Assembly: GCA_013265495.1 (NCBI GenBank)
Contig: MU058423.1
Location: forward strand, 4,882,793 to 4,946,792
Reading direction: 5' to 3'
DNA: 64,000 nt
Origin: Vicugna vicugna
Taxonomy: Eukaryota
The translations under genes and the position numbers were made by a program. Numbering within the stretch: position 1 is the first letter of the stretch; each line of letters starts with the position of its first letter. Below are positions 62,708-64,000 of the stretch, piece by piece. The notes under the pieces were generated by a model that searched no databases, was not told the origin of the DNA, and was given only the letters and a program-made list of their open reading frames with translations.

Positions 62708-64000
62708 TATAAGGTGTTTGTCACTTGTATGTGTGAGGTGGCCATGGTGGAGAATATCTACCCATTTTGTCTTGAGGTTGCACATTGCAGACAAGAGGAT
62801 TTTATTTCATTTAACAATGTATGGTGGTAAAAGGAACTATGGGAATTCTTCCAAATTGATTATTTTCATAGGCCTCTGAATCCCAACTTGGAAACCAATG
62901 GGAGGATATATTTACTTTAATGAGAACATGCTTTCCTGTAGTGAATTTTTATAGCAAGAAAATGGAGATGTCATTGCTAACGGGGGAGAAAAAAAGACCT
63001 CTGAGGTCTCAGCTTATCCAGCTCTCTTGATTTGAGATGCCATTAACCACTAAATTAATGCAAATATAGCTTAATGAAATGTTTCTCATACTGTGATCAT
63101 AAAATATCCCTGCAAAATACCACTCTGCACTTAATAACTAGGAGAGCCAAACCAGAGTACTCCACATAGTGATTTTCAAAAAATATGAATATTTCCCACA
63201 GATTCCTCAAACACTCAGAAGATCAACACAAGCCTCAAAGGTCAGTCTAATTATAAGACAAATTTGGATTGATTTGCAATCATCTCTGTCAGATAGATGG
63301 CAACACATTCAGTGATGATGATTCTGGTTACAGTGAGCCCATACGACAGGATACCAGATATAAAAGCTGTGTTAGACACTGTGTACTCTGCGTGGCACAG
63401 ATCATGGGGCCCTCACTGGAGTAAAAGCTTCCTTCCCACTCCTTTGGGCCAGTTTCTGTGGGCATGTGCAAACCCAGGGACACCTGACGTGTGCTTCATA
63501 CACCAGTGAAGTACTGCTGGGTAGAGCAAGCATTCAGAAACTCATTGTTACACTATGCAAACGCATGATATTTTTTTACTAGTCAATTTTCCAGCATTTT
63601 GCAAAAGTATTGGAATGTGCTGGATTGGAGATGAGAAAGTAATAATAATCTTTAGTCAAAGATAACCCGAGAAACACCATCCTAAACAGGGTTTATATTT
63701 GCTTTAAGGGAAAACTGGGGAGCACTGACTGAGTGTGAGTCAGAGATGGTTTGCCTGGAATGTATTGTGGGGTAGGAGAAAGGAGAATAAAAAATCTAAT
63801 TTCATCCCCCCAAAAGCATTGTTTGGAACTACATACATAAGACTCTTAAGATCAAGTGAAAATGACATCATTTGATGAATAGGTTCTTGAAAGTTAGAAT
63901 GTTTTTGATTTTACAAATATTTTCATTGTGTGGATTTCCGGAATCAAGAGAGTAGAGAGTAGTGTACATTGGATTGAAGGAAGAGAACATTATCTTCAAT

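Noticed and set aside
1..64000. CRISPR arrays, operons or other prokaryotic systems
   Set aside because: The sequence is mammalian, and no regularly spaced repeat-spacer array or dense coding region is present.

Overview
This is AT-rich mammalian nuclear DNA, most likely from a camelid (alpaca/llama/camel), because the tRNA-derived SINEs match the vic-1 type and the young L1 3' ends are camelid-like. I found no protein-coding gene. The recognisable ORFs are frameshifted LINE-1 ORF2 remnants and the rest look like chance ORFs. The window is intergenic or inside a long intron and is dominated by repeats: young and old L1, vic-1 SINEs, MIR, L2, solo LTRs (ERV1, ERVL, MaLR), MER5 and an internally deleted Tigger1. 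The best observation is a TSD-flanked chimeric retrocopy: full-length U6 snRNA fused to an antisense L1-derived 3' end carrying its own AATAAA and A-tail (19268-19518). Also notable are a twin-priming L1 5' inversion (about 1011-1064), three separate L1 copies whose 5' breakpoints fall within about 15 nt of the same ORF2 position, a head-to-head L1/SINE fusion, and a CpG-rich solo LTR. I did not find a supportable novel multi-gene system. Repeat family names come from remembered consensus sequences rather than a database search, and the boundaries of old elements are approximate.
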